Assembly: GCF_006345805.1 (NCBI RefSeq)
Contig: NW_021824014.1
Location: forward strand, 1-20,253
From: Octopus sinensis
Lineage: Eukaryota
Direction of reading: 5' to 3'
DNA length: 20,253 nt
The notes below the pieces were generated by a model. The model had not been told where the DNA came from. It saw only the letters and a program-made list of their open reading frames with translations, and did no database searches. The position numbers and the translations under genes are program-made. Positions 1-10,944 of this stretch are shown piece by piece; the first letter of the stretch is position 1, and every line of letters starts with the position of its first letter.

Positions 1-770
1 GTGGTTCCCACGTACACACGCACACACATACGCACACACACACACACACGCACACACGCACACACACATACACAAATATATACGCATACATACTGGAATT
101 ATGCACATGCATACATACATATATATGTACATACATGTTTATGTACATACGTAAACATACATACACACAGCATACACACACAGTCGCAGTATACATATAT
201 ACATACACATATACACACAACAGACATTCACAATCACAGTATATTCGCACGCACACACACACACACATACACACACTCATACACACGTATGCACGCACAC
301 AGACGCACGTAGACGCGTAGTCGAATCAGTCACATTCCCATAGATATACACACACTGACAAACATGCACACATTCGCACACAGACACACTATACACACTG
401 GTAGCCGACGCACACTCACACACACACACGGACAAACGCGGTCAGCACACGAGAGAGGCGCACACACATACGGACCCTCACACACATATAGCGCACACAC
501 AGGCAGACACATACGGGAAAGACAGGCACTGCACAAACACACTGATACACACACAGAGGCAAGAGGAAACACAGCACAACACACACACACACACACACTG
601 AGTAACGACAGGTACCGCATATGCAAGAACACACTAGGTACGTACACACCGTAGGCACACACACACACACAACACACACACACACACATACACACACACA
701 TACACACGCACGCACACACAAACATCAATAAATGCTTCATACACATCTGCACACAAGAGCTACACATCTA
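1..770. repeat. Compound degenerate (CA)n/(CATA)n microsatellite tract
   Basis: Seen directly: near-continuous AC/ACAT/ACGC units; explains the poly-HT/CV ORFs. Confidence 0.95.
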
Positions 771-1002
771 TATAGTGTGTCAACAGATATTTACACACCA
801 CAGGCGCACACATGAGAAATATATTTACACTCTATACAAATCCAACAACGGTGTAGAAAGCGTGTATACACAGCTTACATTCTGTATTTGCACATCTACA
901 CCCTCAAGTGGCACTTCTACACGCGCTAGCAATATACACACACGTAACATACGGATTTACAGATAATACACTGTATACACACTGTATATATATATATATA
1001 TA

Positions 1003-1152
1003 TACACCAGAGTAAGCACATAAATGTGAAACAAGGTGGAAAAGATAGTACTCGACTACCGGAGGTAGAGTAATATGCTTTATTAAAAAGCAGCAAAAAT
1101 ATCACAAAACAGTTACTCAGAGTTTCACGTTCCTCTTCGTCGGACAGTTTTG
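1003..1152 (-). mobile_element. Short Penelope-like terminal-repeat fragment starting with a degenerate minimal hammerhead motif
   Basis: Minus strand 1151-1106 reads AAAACTGT-CCGACGA-AGAGGAACGT-GAAA-CTCTGAG-TA-ACTGTTTT, followed by ~100 nt with AATAAA running into (TA)n. Penelope assignment is inferred from the known association of minimal HHRs with PLE termini. Confidence 0.6.
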
Positions 1153-1319
1153 CTTAGAATGGAGCAAGATAAAATTATATGAAGAAATACAATAAAACCT
1201 TTATATATATCTATAAAAGCTTAGTTGAGTTAGAGGTTAAAATAACCATCTAAGGGATAGCGGTATTCATTACACTACCGGTATATTACCTATATTTAAC
1301 CATGGGCATACATATGCAA

Positions 1320-1410
1320 TGTCATTTGACTACGGTCATGTTGGAGCACCGCCTTTAGTTGAACAAATCGACTCCAGGACTCATACTTTGTAAGCTTAGT
1401 ACTTGTTCTA
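1320..1410 (-). mobile_element. SINE family A, 3' tail fragment
   Basis: Reverse complement matches 19620-19720 (aagtactaagcttacaaag...gactaaaggcggtgctccaacatgaccgtagtcaaatgac). Confidence 0.85.
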
Positions 1411-1515
1411 TTGTAATCAAGAGTGCTGGCATTGTGCCAAAACTTGAAATCGATATTCAGTTGGGAAGAGTAATAAAGTTCCATTTGTGATGAAAGTAAG
1501 GATATAAACATGAAT

Positions 1516-1648
1516 GTTTATGCGTTGCGGTTCGACAAAAAGACCGATAGAATAAGTACCAAGTTTATAAAAAGTACTGGGGTTGATTCGTTCGAAGCCC
1601 CAGTATGGCCGCAGTCCAACGATCGAAACAAGTAAAAGATAAAAGATA
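1516..1648 (+). mobile_element. SINE family A, 3' part
   Basis: gcggttcgacaaaaagaccgatagaataagtac...atggccgcagtc...gaaacaagtaaaaga matches the 3' half of the 19332-19738 copy. Confidence 0.85.
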
Positions 1649-1809
1649 TATACATAGATGATTGTAGGTGTATATGTATGTATGCATATGTGTGCGTGTG
1701 TGAAATTATATATATGTATGTATTGTATTTCTGTATACATATCTGACTTTTACCGCTTTATTTTCAGTCTCTCCTCATCTCACTTTTTTCCTCCATCATA
1801 ATTATGCTC

Positions 1810-2275
1810 TCATCCTAACTGCAATTGTCTCTGTGGTTGCTGGATGTGTTGTACCTTATCAACCTTCCGGAAATTCATCTTTCCATATCAATTTTTTAGG
1901 CCACCATTATAACTATACTTCTACGTGCAATTGCTGGATACATTGTACCTATCCACCTTCTGTTATTGCTCAGCAATATTCTAACTTGTCATTGTTACTG
2001 TACTTCTGTGTGGTTGCTGGATGTATTATACCTACCTACCTTTTTGTAAATCATCTTTCTACCACAATATTTAAAGATGTCATCTTAAATGTAGTTCAAT
2101 GTGTGGTTGCTGGATATATTACACCTATCTACCTTCTATAATCCATCATTCTATTTTGACTCTAATTCTATTTGTGGTTGCTGGATGTATTGTATTTATC
2201 TGCATTTCTGCAACCCGTTTCTTCACCACAATATTTCAATCTGTCACCTTAACTGTATCTCTTTCTATGGCTGTT
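1810..2275. repeat. Degenerate ~70-95 bp tandem repeat, 5-6 units
   Basis: Motif tgtggttgctggat...tacctatc(t)acctt recurs at 1832, ~1926, 2009, 2102, 2173 and decayed at 2266. Confidence 0.8.
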
Positions 2276-2429
2276 TGAGGGACTTAGCTTTGAGGGACAA
2301 CCTTCCTGACCAACATTTTGACTCGTCTCCTTCATTTTCCGATCAATTTTGGCCCCTCAATGCTCCCCACAGCCTACTTGCTTGGTTATTCTTATTTTAT
2401 ACGTTGCATATTCATTCCTGACGCAACAC

Positions 2430-2590
2430 ACTCATCATAGTTTGTGTATTATATACGCTGTATAACGTGTGTATGATTTCCGCGCCCGACACACTTTAAC
2501 GCATGCACCACATTCTGTTTGCATTATACACTTTGTTCATTGCATTTAACAGATGCATACAATAAAAAAAAAACGTATTATACTTTCTTG
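2430..2590. repeat. Unclassified dispersed repeat, copy 1 (homologous to 4299-4490)
   Basis: Shares atgcaccacattcYgttYgcattaYacact...atttaacaKatgcaYacaataaaa...cgYaYtatact with 4410-4488. Confidence 0.75.
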
Positions 2591-3092
2591 ACATACACAT
2601 ATAAATGCTTGGCTATTTCCATCCCCCACCCATTCAATCCGCCAACTTCAGTTCTATCCCTCATTACCTCATTCTCAAATGAAAGGCCACAGCCACGAAA
2701 TGTCATTCTGCAAACCCTTACGGCAAATAACCTTTATCAATTTTCCAGACCAAATACTTACTGTAGTTTTTGCCGATACTCACTAGACTAGTCACAAATG
2801 TGTATCGAATAACTAGATTCAAAATTTCATCCTGGTTTGCTATGTTTTTGAAGCAATACTTTATGATCAAAGATGGATTTTTTTAAATTTAGAAACTGTA
2901 GAATGAATCTAAGTAGCTCAGTGAAACATTTGTTGAAAATGTTAGCAGTTAAACCAATCGGCTGTTAAAAGCATAACACCTCACTACTGCCTGTACTATA
3001 CGAATTAGTGGCTCCAGTTATCAGGAACTACTAAATTTGGTGTGTAAATAAACGGACTACGAGTCTCTCTGGGTTTGGTCAAGCGATGTAAA

Positions 3093-3137
3093 TATCTCTG
3101 ATGAGACCTCAATAAGGCACGAAAATCAGTTAAGGCA
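3093..3137 (+). ncRNA. Candidate minimal type I hammerhead ribozyme
   Basis: TATCT-CTGATGA-GACCT-CAATA-AGGCAC-GAAA-ATCAGT-TA-AGGCA: exact CUGAUGA and GAAA boxes; stems I, II and III all imperfect. Confidence 0.45.
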
Positions 3138-3241
3138 GTTCATCATTTATTCTATCTACAGAGAAATAGGTAAACGTGACATGTTTGTAGGTTTACATAT
3201 ATTCACATGCATTACAGATTCTTGCACACTGGGGAACTGTC

Positions 3242-3587
3242 TTAGCTGAACGAATCAACTCCTGGACTTATTTCTTTTTAAAGCCGAGTACTTATTCTAC
3301 CGGTCTCTTTTGTCAAACCGCTTGGTCACGGGGACGTAAACATACCAATACCGGTTGTCAAGTGGTGCTGGGGGACAAACATAGACACAAAGAGACACAC
3401 ACACATACTCTCCCACACACATACAACGGGCTTCTTTCAGTTTCCGTCTATCAAATCCACTCACGAGGCTTTGGTGGACCCGAGGCTGGAGTAGAAGACA
3501 CCTGCCCAAAGTGCCACGCAGTGGGACTGAACCCGGAACCATGTGGTTGGGAAGCAAGCTTTTTACCACACAGCCACGCACGACACC
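3242..3587 (-). mobile_element. SINE family A, near full length
   Basis: Minus strand: tRNA-like head (tggctgtgtgg...ggttcagtccc), CORE-like gcgtggcactttgggcag, internal (TG)n, body aligning to 19332-19690. Confidence 0.92.
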
Positions 3588-3588
3588 T

Positions 3589-3601
3589 ACACACACACAC
3601 A

Positions 3602-3639
<38 letters not shown>
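3589..3639. repeat. (CA)n microsatellite
   Basis: Seen directly. Confidence 0.95.
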
Positions 3640-3641
<2 letters not shown>

Positions 3642-3714
3642 ATAAGCTGTTGTAGGTTACGTTTAATGTCTCAAATTGAAATATGATACGCATGTCCACT
3701 CCACAAAAAACTGA

Positions 3715-3737
3715 CTACTACTACTACTACTACTATA

Positions 3738-3790
<53 letters not shown>
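3715..3790. repeat. (CTA)n trinucleotide microsatellite
   Basis: About 25 units with one interruption; explains the poly-Ser ORF. Confidence 0.97.
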
Positions 3791-4007
3791 ATGTTATGTA
3801 CGCTCTCTCAGAAACACCCAGACTGAATATAGTTGCACTGACTGTTGAAATCAAGAGTGTACATACGTACATACACATACACGCACACACACACACACAC
3901 ACACTCACCCACAAATACATACATACACACACACATACATACATACATGCACACACACACACACACACACACACGCACATACACACACACACACACATAT
4001 ATGCGTG

Positions 4008-4261
4008 TTTTCTACCATAGTCTCGGGACGACCAAAGCCTTGTGAGTGGATTTGGTAGATGGAAACTAGAAGAAGCCCGTCGTATATATCTATATATCTA
4101 TGTGTGTGTGTGTGTGTGTGTATGTTTGTGTGTGTGTGTGTGTTTGTCCCCACCGACATCGTTTGACAACCGATGCTGGTGTGTTTACGTCGCCGTAACT
4201 TAGCGGTTCGGCAAAAGAGACCGATAGAATAAGTCCTGGGGGCGATTTGCTCGACTAAAGG
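4008..4261 (+). mobile_element. SINE family A, 5'- and 3'-truncated
   Basis: gaccaaagccttgtgagtggatttggtaga...taacttagcggttcggcaaaagagac...gatttgctcgactaaagg is highly similar to 19420-19689. Confidence 0.93.
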
Positions 4262-4298
4262 ACTATATATATATATATATGTATGTATAATCTGCAAA

Positions 4299-4490
4299 TA
4301 CGAGAGTACGCTGTCTCTTCATTTATGATTCAAGAGACACATGACAGTTAATGTGTACTATACACTCGTTATACATCGTGTGTAGTACACAGTAACCATA
4401 GCGTAGCGTATGCACCACATTCCGTTCGCATTACACACTCTTCGTATTTAACATATGCACACAATAAAACGACGCACTATACTCCCTTAA
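4299..4490. repeat. Unclassified dispersed repeat, copy 2, with two internal hairpins
   Basis: Homologous to 2430-2590; inverted repeats at 4312-4319/4332-4339 and 4352-4365/4378-4391. Confidence 0.7.
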
Positions 4491-4528
4491 TACACACACA
4501 CGCACACAAACACACACACACACACACA

Positions 4529-4591
<63 letters not shown>

Positions 4592-4844
4592 CATACATGT
4601 ACATATACACAGTACTATGGAATACAAACACACATCACCATGCACACACACAAATAAATCACATATACACACACATATATATATACACGTGCATAATTTT
4701 TAAACGCATATATACACACACATATCTGTAGTGTGTATATTTACGTTTCTGCGTACGACCCCGTCTGTGCATACCTGTATTCACGCAGGAAACATTATAC
4801 GCAATTCAAATGTGTATGTATATACGCACGTTCGTATGTATGCA

Positions 4845-4870
4845 TGCACACACACACACACACACACCAC

Positions 4871-4916
<46 letters not shown>

Positions 4917-4991
4917 CTCTATATATATACATATATCTTTTCCTCTCTCTCTCTATATATAAATACACACATACACAGACAGACAGACACG

Positions 4992-5057
<66 letters not shown>

Positions 5058-5080
5058 TGTGTGCGTGTGTGTGTGTGTGG
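4845..5080. repeat. Compound microsatellite (CA)n-(TA/TC)n-(TG)n
   Basis: Seen directly. Confidence 0.95.
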
Positions 5081-5244
5081 TGTATAAACACCTGGGACAA
5101 GGATTTCGACGCCGAAGCAGGTGCGTGTATACATGGTTCTTCTTCACATTATGTTATGACGCATTCGAGTACAGGACAGCCACGAGCACAAATATAATAC
5201 AAGCACTCACCCCACCAACCCACTCTGACCCTACACACACATGA

Positions 5245-5540
5245 GGAAAGAGTCTATACGTGATCGGCTCGTCCCACTAGAAATAGCAGTCAAACCTCAC
5301 TCAACTGTCGATGGTTTTACCTTTATGCAAAAAGCTAAGGGAATATTGGGCAATGTAATCTAAGATGAACAATGTCTGATCCCTCGCCCCCACCAAAAAA
5401 CCCAAAACAAAACAAAACAAGAACAAAAACAAACAAACAAACAAAAAATAATAAAATCCCCCAAACTGGTCTTGAACGGAATATCTTGTCTGAGTGTATG
5501 TGTCCTCGAACAGGACTGACCTGGGGTTAAATAAGAACTA
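5245..5540 (+). mobile_element. Unclassified old interspersed repeat (family D)
   Basis: gtgatcggctc...ctagaaatagcagtcaaacctcactcaa resembles 17490-17540 (+) and 16280-16330 (-). The right boundary is uncertain. Confidence 0.5.
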
Positions 5541-5853
5541 TATACTCATTGTTATGTAAAGCGTATACTCTTCTAGCATATGTACATACAACACTGCGAG
5601 CGTGCGAGTATTATGTGTATATATATTATACACACACAGGCACACGTACACACATACATACATAGTACTTACATACATACATATATATGTGTATGTATAT
5701 ATATGTAAGTATATATAGAAATTCAGGGTGAGTACTTGATAATTGTAAGCACCTGTATATACCGTTTGGTGGTGTAGGTGTATGTATATATATATGTATG
5801 TATATAATATATATATGTATATATATATATATGTATATACACGTACACACACA

Positions 5854-5896
<43 letters not shown>

Positions 5897-5941
5897 GTCT
5901 TTTACTAGCTTCAGCCTAAAGGCTTTGGCCATGCTGGGGCA
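5897..5941 (-). mobile_element. SINE family A, extreme 3' remnant
   Basis: Reverse complement tgccccagcatggccaaagcc...ctgaagctagtaaaaga resembles the SINE A terminus. Confidence 0.6.
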
Positions 5942-5984
5942 TTGCGTATATTATCCAACCATCGTTTCCCAATCTTTTAGTTTT

Positions 5985-6128
5985 CTCTTTCTGTTCGTCT
6001 TCTGATGAACTTCCGAAACCTTGAAAGACTATTTTCTGATCTTTTAGTGTTAAACTAATACAGCATTTATTAAAACTTGTCTCTCCTACGTTGTCTTCTG
6101 TTTGTTCTAATTCCCTTCTTAATAAATA
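5985..6128 (+). mobile_element. Short Penelope-like terminal fragment with decayed hammerhead motif (same family as 15275-15412)
   Basis: GTCTT-CTGATGA-ACTTCC-GAAAC-CTTGA-AAGAC (5997-6029); the downstream actaataca and gtcttYtgt blocks are shared with the minus-strand element at 15275-15412; ends in AATAAA plus microsatellite. Confidence 0.6.
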
Positions 6129-6177
6129 TGTGTGTGTTCGTGTATATATATATGTATGTATGCATGTATGTATGTTC

Positions 6178-6251
<74 letters not shown>

Positions 6252-6288
6252 CCTCTCTCTCTATCTCTCTCTCTATGTATCTATCTGG

Positions 6289-6332
<44 letters not shown>

Positions 6333-6360
6333 TATATATACACACACACACAAACACACA
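6128..6360. repeat. Compound microsatellite with (TATC)n, (TC)n, (TA)n, (CA)n
   Basis: Seen directly. Confidence 0.95.
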
Positions 6361-6790
6361 ATGTCCATACTGTGCATGCTTCTATACTTCCTGACCCGTA
6401 TCTTCTTTTCGAATATCTTGAGATAATACATCGTAACTTGAAGTTTCACAACCAGAACCGCTTTGCAATCATAAGACGATGAAACACCCAACCTCATACA
6501 TTGGCCGCATATATATATGAATGCTCATTTTCCTGTGAAGAGCTTCTGGTATTGAATCATAGGTTTTAAGGCCTGGAAAGGGACTTAACTCAAATCACCC
6601 TTTTTTTTCTTACTGCAGCAATGTATGTGCAGCCACAGTATAAGAAGTTCTCCTTTGGGAAACATCCACAATCAAACATAAACGGCATAAACAGACACCA
6701 ATACGCAAGAGTTATCTGTGTATGTGTGTGTATACATGTATCTGTATATACATATACATACACAAACACACACACGCATACTCGTATATG

Positions 6791-6900
6791 TCATCATCAC
6801 TATTTAACGTCCCTTTTTCCATGACGGCATGGGTTGGATTGTGAAACAGGAACTGCCGGGCCAGAGGGTTGCACCGAGCTCCATTATCTGCATTGGCATG
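6791..6900 (-). mobile_element. 3' end of a retroposon with (GAT)n-type tail (RTE-related LINE or SINE tail)
   Basis: Minus strand ends ...tccaacccatgccgtcatggaaaaagggacgttaaatagtgatgatga; short tandem tail and small stem-loop. Family assignment is from recall only. Confidence 0.55.
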
Positions 6901-6939
6901 TGTGTGTGTATGTGTATATATATAATATGTGTGTGTATT

Positions 6940-6972
<33 letters not shown>

Positions 6973-7234
6973 ATTATATATATATATAATATATATATAT
7001 ATTATATATATATATATAACTATATATAATATGAATGTGCGTGTGTGTGTACTTCTATACGTAGCAATGAGTGAATGTGATACATGGCCTCTTGTACTGG
7101 TCCAAGAGTTGGTGCCTTGGTGCTGTTTTGAATTTATTTCATATGCATATGTCGGCTCGGTTCGAACCCCGCATAACAGGGGCGAAATGTCACGTTACTT
7201 CGCTACTGCTGTAAATACATCTAGAAGTATAAAC

Positions 7235-7752
7235 GTGTAGCCGTGTAGACATGTAGGCATGTGGGCATGTAGGCTTCTAGCCAGGCAGCCATGTAGCTGG
7301 TGGCTGTGTCACAATGTGACCATATAGCTATGTAACCATGTAGCTGTGATGCCATGTAACTGTACAGTCCTGTAGCCGCTTATCCATGTAGCTATGTCAC
7401 CATGTAGCCACACGGCCGTGTAGCTGTACCGTCGTGTAGTCACACAAGTAGCTGCATAGCTGTGTCACCATGTAGCCATACAGTCGTGTAGCCTCGGAGC
7501 TGTGCCCCTATCGAGCCATACAGCTATACAGCCATGTAGCCGTATATACCTGTGTCTGCATGTTGCCATACATCCATGTAGCAGTATACAACCACGTATA
7601 ACTGTGCTGTCATGTAGCCGTACGCCATGTAGCTGTACCACCGTGTAGCCGTGTAGCCGTGTCGCCATTTAGTCGTGTAGCTGTCCAACCAGGCAGCCAT
7701 GGAACCATGCAACTGTGCAGCCATGCAGTCATACAGCTGTGCAGCCATGCGT
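7235..7752. repeat. Degenerate 8-bp minisatellite (GTAGCCAT/GTAGCTGT/GTAGCCGT)
   Basis: Roughly 60 imperfect 8-mers, e.g. gtagccgtgtagccgtgt and ccatgtagct. Confidence 0.9.
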
Positions 7753-7839
7753 GCATATAAGGAGTTGCTTACTAGAGGCCACTGGATTTTGTAATGCATC
7801 ACATCATTCCATACCATCCTCCCCACACACAGGTTTAAA

Positions 7840-7894
7840 ATGTATGCGTGTATATATATATATGTTTGTATATATACATACATATATATACATA

Positions 7895-7948
<54 letters not shown>

Positions 7949-8074
7949 CATATATAATATATATATATATACATATAAATATATATACATACGTTGTATG
8001 TATATATATACATACATATATATATACATACATATATATATACATACATATATATATACATATATATAACATAC

Positions 8075-8171
<97 letters not shown>

Positions 8172-8384
8172 GATTTCTTCTTCTCCCAGTTTTTTCTCTC
8201 TAAATATATACATACTATCTATATATATATATTATATATATATATAGCTCTCCAACCATTTAGCGATTAGTCTGCCGTCTGTCTGTTTGGCTGCCTGGCT
8301 GCCTGCTCGCCCGTGTGTGTGTCTGTCTGTCTGTCTGTCTGTCTGTATGTATGTATGTATGTATTGCATGTTCATACATACATA

Positions 8385-8419
<35 letters not shown>

Positions 8420-8600
8420 TACTTAGATATATGTACATATACGTTCATACTTACATGCATACATTCAAACAACATACATACATACATAGATATGTACACA
8501 CACACACACCACACACGCACACATACACATATGCACATACATATATGTGTAGTGTGTGCGTGCATATATATATATATATATATGCCTGCACACACACACA
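7840..8600. repeat. Long (TA)n/(TACA)n/(CA)n/(TCTG)n compound microsatellite
   Basis: Seen directly; source of the poly-YI ORFs. Confidence 0.95.
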
Positions 8601-8873
8601 TACGTACATTAGTTTATTTATTATAAGCAGACAAGTAGATCGGTGAGCGACCGTGTAGAGTGCAATATAGTATGCAGTGATCGGAAAATGGGGGGAATTT
8701 CGTATTTCGTGATACTATTTATTGGGGAAATTCTGTTCTTATTCAGAAATAGCGTTTAACGCTTCAACATTTGGAGAATTACGTTTCCGATATCGCCTGC
8801 ACGCTACTACTAAACGCCTATAAGTACAGAAGTACTGCATGTATGTACGTGCATATGTGTATACACACGCGCA

Positions 8874-8924
<51 letters not shown>

Positions 8925-9339
8925 AAAAAAATGGCTTTTCCGTTTTCGTTTCTTGTTGAGTTCTACGTCTAATTGTGTGTCCTGTACTCACGTATACTTA
9001 TTTATATATGCATGTATATATACATGTAGATGTAGGTACGTACATATATGTATGTATGTATGCATATATTTTATTTATTACACTATATATATGTATATAA
9101 ATGTATGCATGTATACATGTGTGTGGACGTGTAGCAGGTTAATTCATAAGAAACGTAGATAAGCACTCTATTTTCCTTCCGTTAAGCGGGGCTGAGGACG
9201 AGTGTGTAGCTATGAATAACAATGCTTTTACGCGTATTATCTTAATATATGGTGGAAATTTTGATTAAGATTCTTGAATTATCGTTGAGAGAAAAATGTA
9301 TGGGATCCAATGTGACTTCATTGAGAAGATAAACAGCTT

Positions 9340-9730
9340 ACATGAATGGGCGTTTTTGAATGAAGTCTAATTATGAAGGCCTCGACTCGACTGCGCATAC
9401 GGTCTACGGGATGCCACTATTGGGTGTGAAAACCACTGGCAAAGAGAAAGCAACACTCAGCCATTCGATTTTCTTCGTGGAGATCTTGGAAAACTACTGT
9501 GTTCATGAATGCCGATATTAATGTTGTAGTGAGAGAGATTTGTCTGTTGGCTCCGCCTTTTGAAAACCCGCCCAGCTCCGGCGTCACGTGTCGAGCGTGC
9601 GCCGAGAAGCGCCTCACGTGTCTCGGCACGATTGTCTCTGATTCTCGTAGCAACAGAATGAAGCGTCACTACTGCGGCAGTGGCGTTTCTTTGCCAGGAC
9701 TGGTGAATGGCGACCATAAACGGTGGATGG
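9340..9730. promoter_or_regulatory. Candidate promoter/enhancer island
   Basis: Unique, CpG-rich sequence with GC box CCCGCCC (9567-9573), two TCACGTGTC E-boxes (9584-9592, 9614-9622), CGTCA half-sites and TGCGCA (~9392); minus-strand donor-like AT|GTAAGC at 9342/9341. Confidence 0.45.
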
Positions 9731-9744
9731 GAGATGGGCTGAGA

Positions 9745-9749
9745 GGGAG

Positions 9750-9800
<51 letters not shown>

Positions 9801-9910
9801 AGTGGAAGTGAAAGAGAGAGAGATGTGAATCGAAGTGAAAGGCTGAGGAAAGAAGGCCATCAATGAATGAGAGAGAGAAAGAGAGAGAGAGAGAAGGAGA
9901 GAATGAGAGA
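9745..9910. repeat. (GA)n purine microsatellite
   Basis: Seen directly. Confidence 0.95.
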
Positions 9911-10021
9911 TGTATTGAATGAGCTGCTTGCTTGCCAAGCATTTGGAGATTGAATTGATAGCAACATTGCCCACTACCGAGCGGGATGGAGGGGAGACTG
10001 GGGTTTTCTACAATTATATAG

Positions 10022-10064
<43 letters not shown>

Positions 10065-10630
10065 ATTTTCTCTCACTTCTCTCCCTGTTATGTGTGTGTG
10101 CGTGTGTGCATGTGTGTATGTATATGTATATATATACATACCTATATATATATACATGTTTATATATATATATACATATATATACATGTATATATATATA
10201 TACATATATATACATGTATATATATACATATATATACATGTATATATATATATACATGTATATATATATATATACATACATACATACATACATATCTATC
10301 TATCTATCTCTGTCTGTCTGTCAGTTTGTCTGTATGCATGCATACATACACAAACATGCAACGCACACACACACACACACGCACATACACGCACACGCGC
10401 TCACAAAAACAGTCACACGCAAGCACGTACGCATAGAGGCGCACACGTATATATATATTCATGTGTACATACGCTTACACTAGTTTACGATTTAGCAACA
10501 TATGTGCATATCAATCGTATATATAGATATATAGGCATACACACACACACACACGCATACATACATACATACACACATGCATACATGCATGTGGATATGG
10601 TGACACACACACACACACACATATATATAT
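10022..10630. repeat. Compound (CA)n/(TA)n/(TACA)n microsatellite
   Basis: Seen directly. Confidence 0.93.
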
Positions 10631-10635
10631 GGCGG

Positions 10636-10867
10636 AAGGCGGCGAGCTGGCAGAAACGTTAGCACACCGGACGAAATGCTTAGCAGTATTTCGTCTGCCG
10701 TTACGTTCTGAGTTCAAATTCCGCCGAGGTCGACTTTGCCTTTCATCCTTTCGGGGTCGATAAATTAAGTACCAGTTACGCACTGAGGTCGATATAATCG
10801 ACTTAATCCCTTTGTCTATCCTTGTTTGTCCCCTCTGTGTGTAGCCCCTCGTGGACAATTAAGAAAT

Positions 10868-10868
<1 letters not shown>
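10636..10868 (+). mobile_element. SINE family B, full length
   Basis: Pol III-type head (tggcagaaacg; B box gagttcaaattc), central gtcgactttgcctttcatcctttcggggtcgataaattaagtaccag; highly similar to 17201-17430. Confidence 0.93.
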
Positions 10869-10920
<52 letters not shown>

Positions 10921-10944
10921 TATATTATATATATATATATATAC

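Noticed and set aside
1810-2275. CRISPR-like appearance (conserved motif with variable spacers)
   Set aside because: Spacers are related to each other, repeats are degenerate, the context is eukaryotic and there are no cas genes.
4847-5079. Large hairpin from (CA)n followed by (TG)n
   Set aside because: Expected by chance at this microsatellite density.
7098-7172. tRNA or Pol III gene (GGTTCGAACCC B box at 7159-7169)
   Set aside because: Only the B box is convincing; no cloverleaf or matching SINE body.
9417-9801. Complex ORFs on both strands (9499-9801+, 9457-10062-, 9417-9653-), including a neuropeptide-like KRR site
   Set aside because: No signal peptide or recognisable domain; overlapping open frames are expected in GC-rich sequence, and two of them run into (GA)n.
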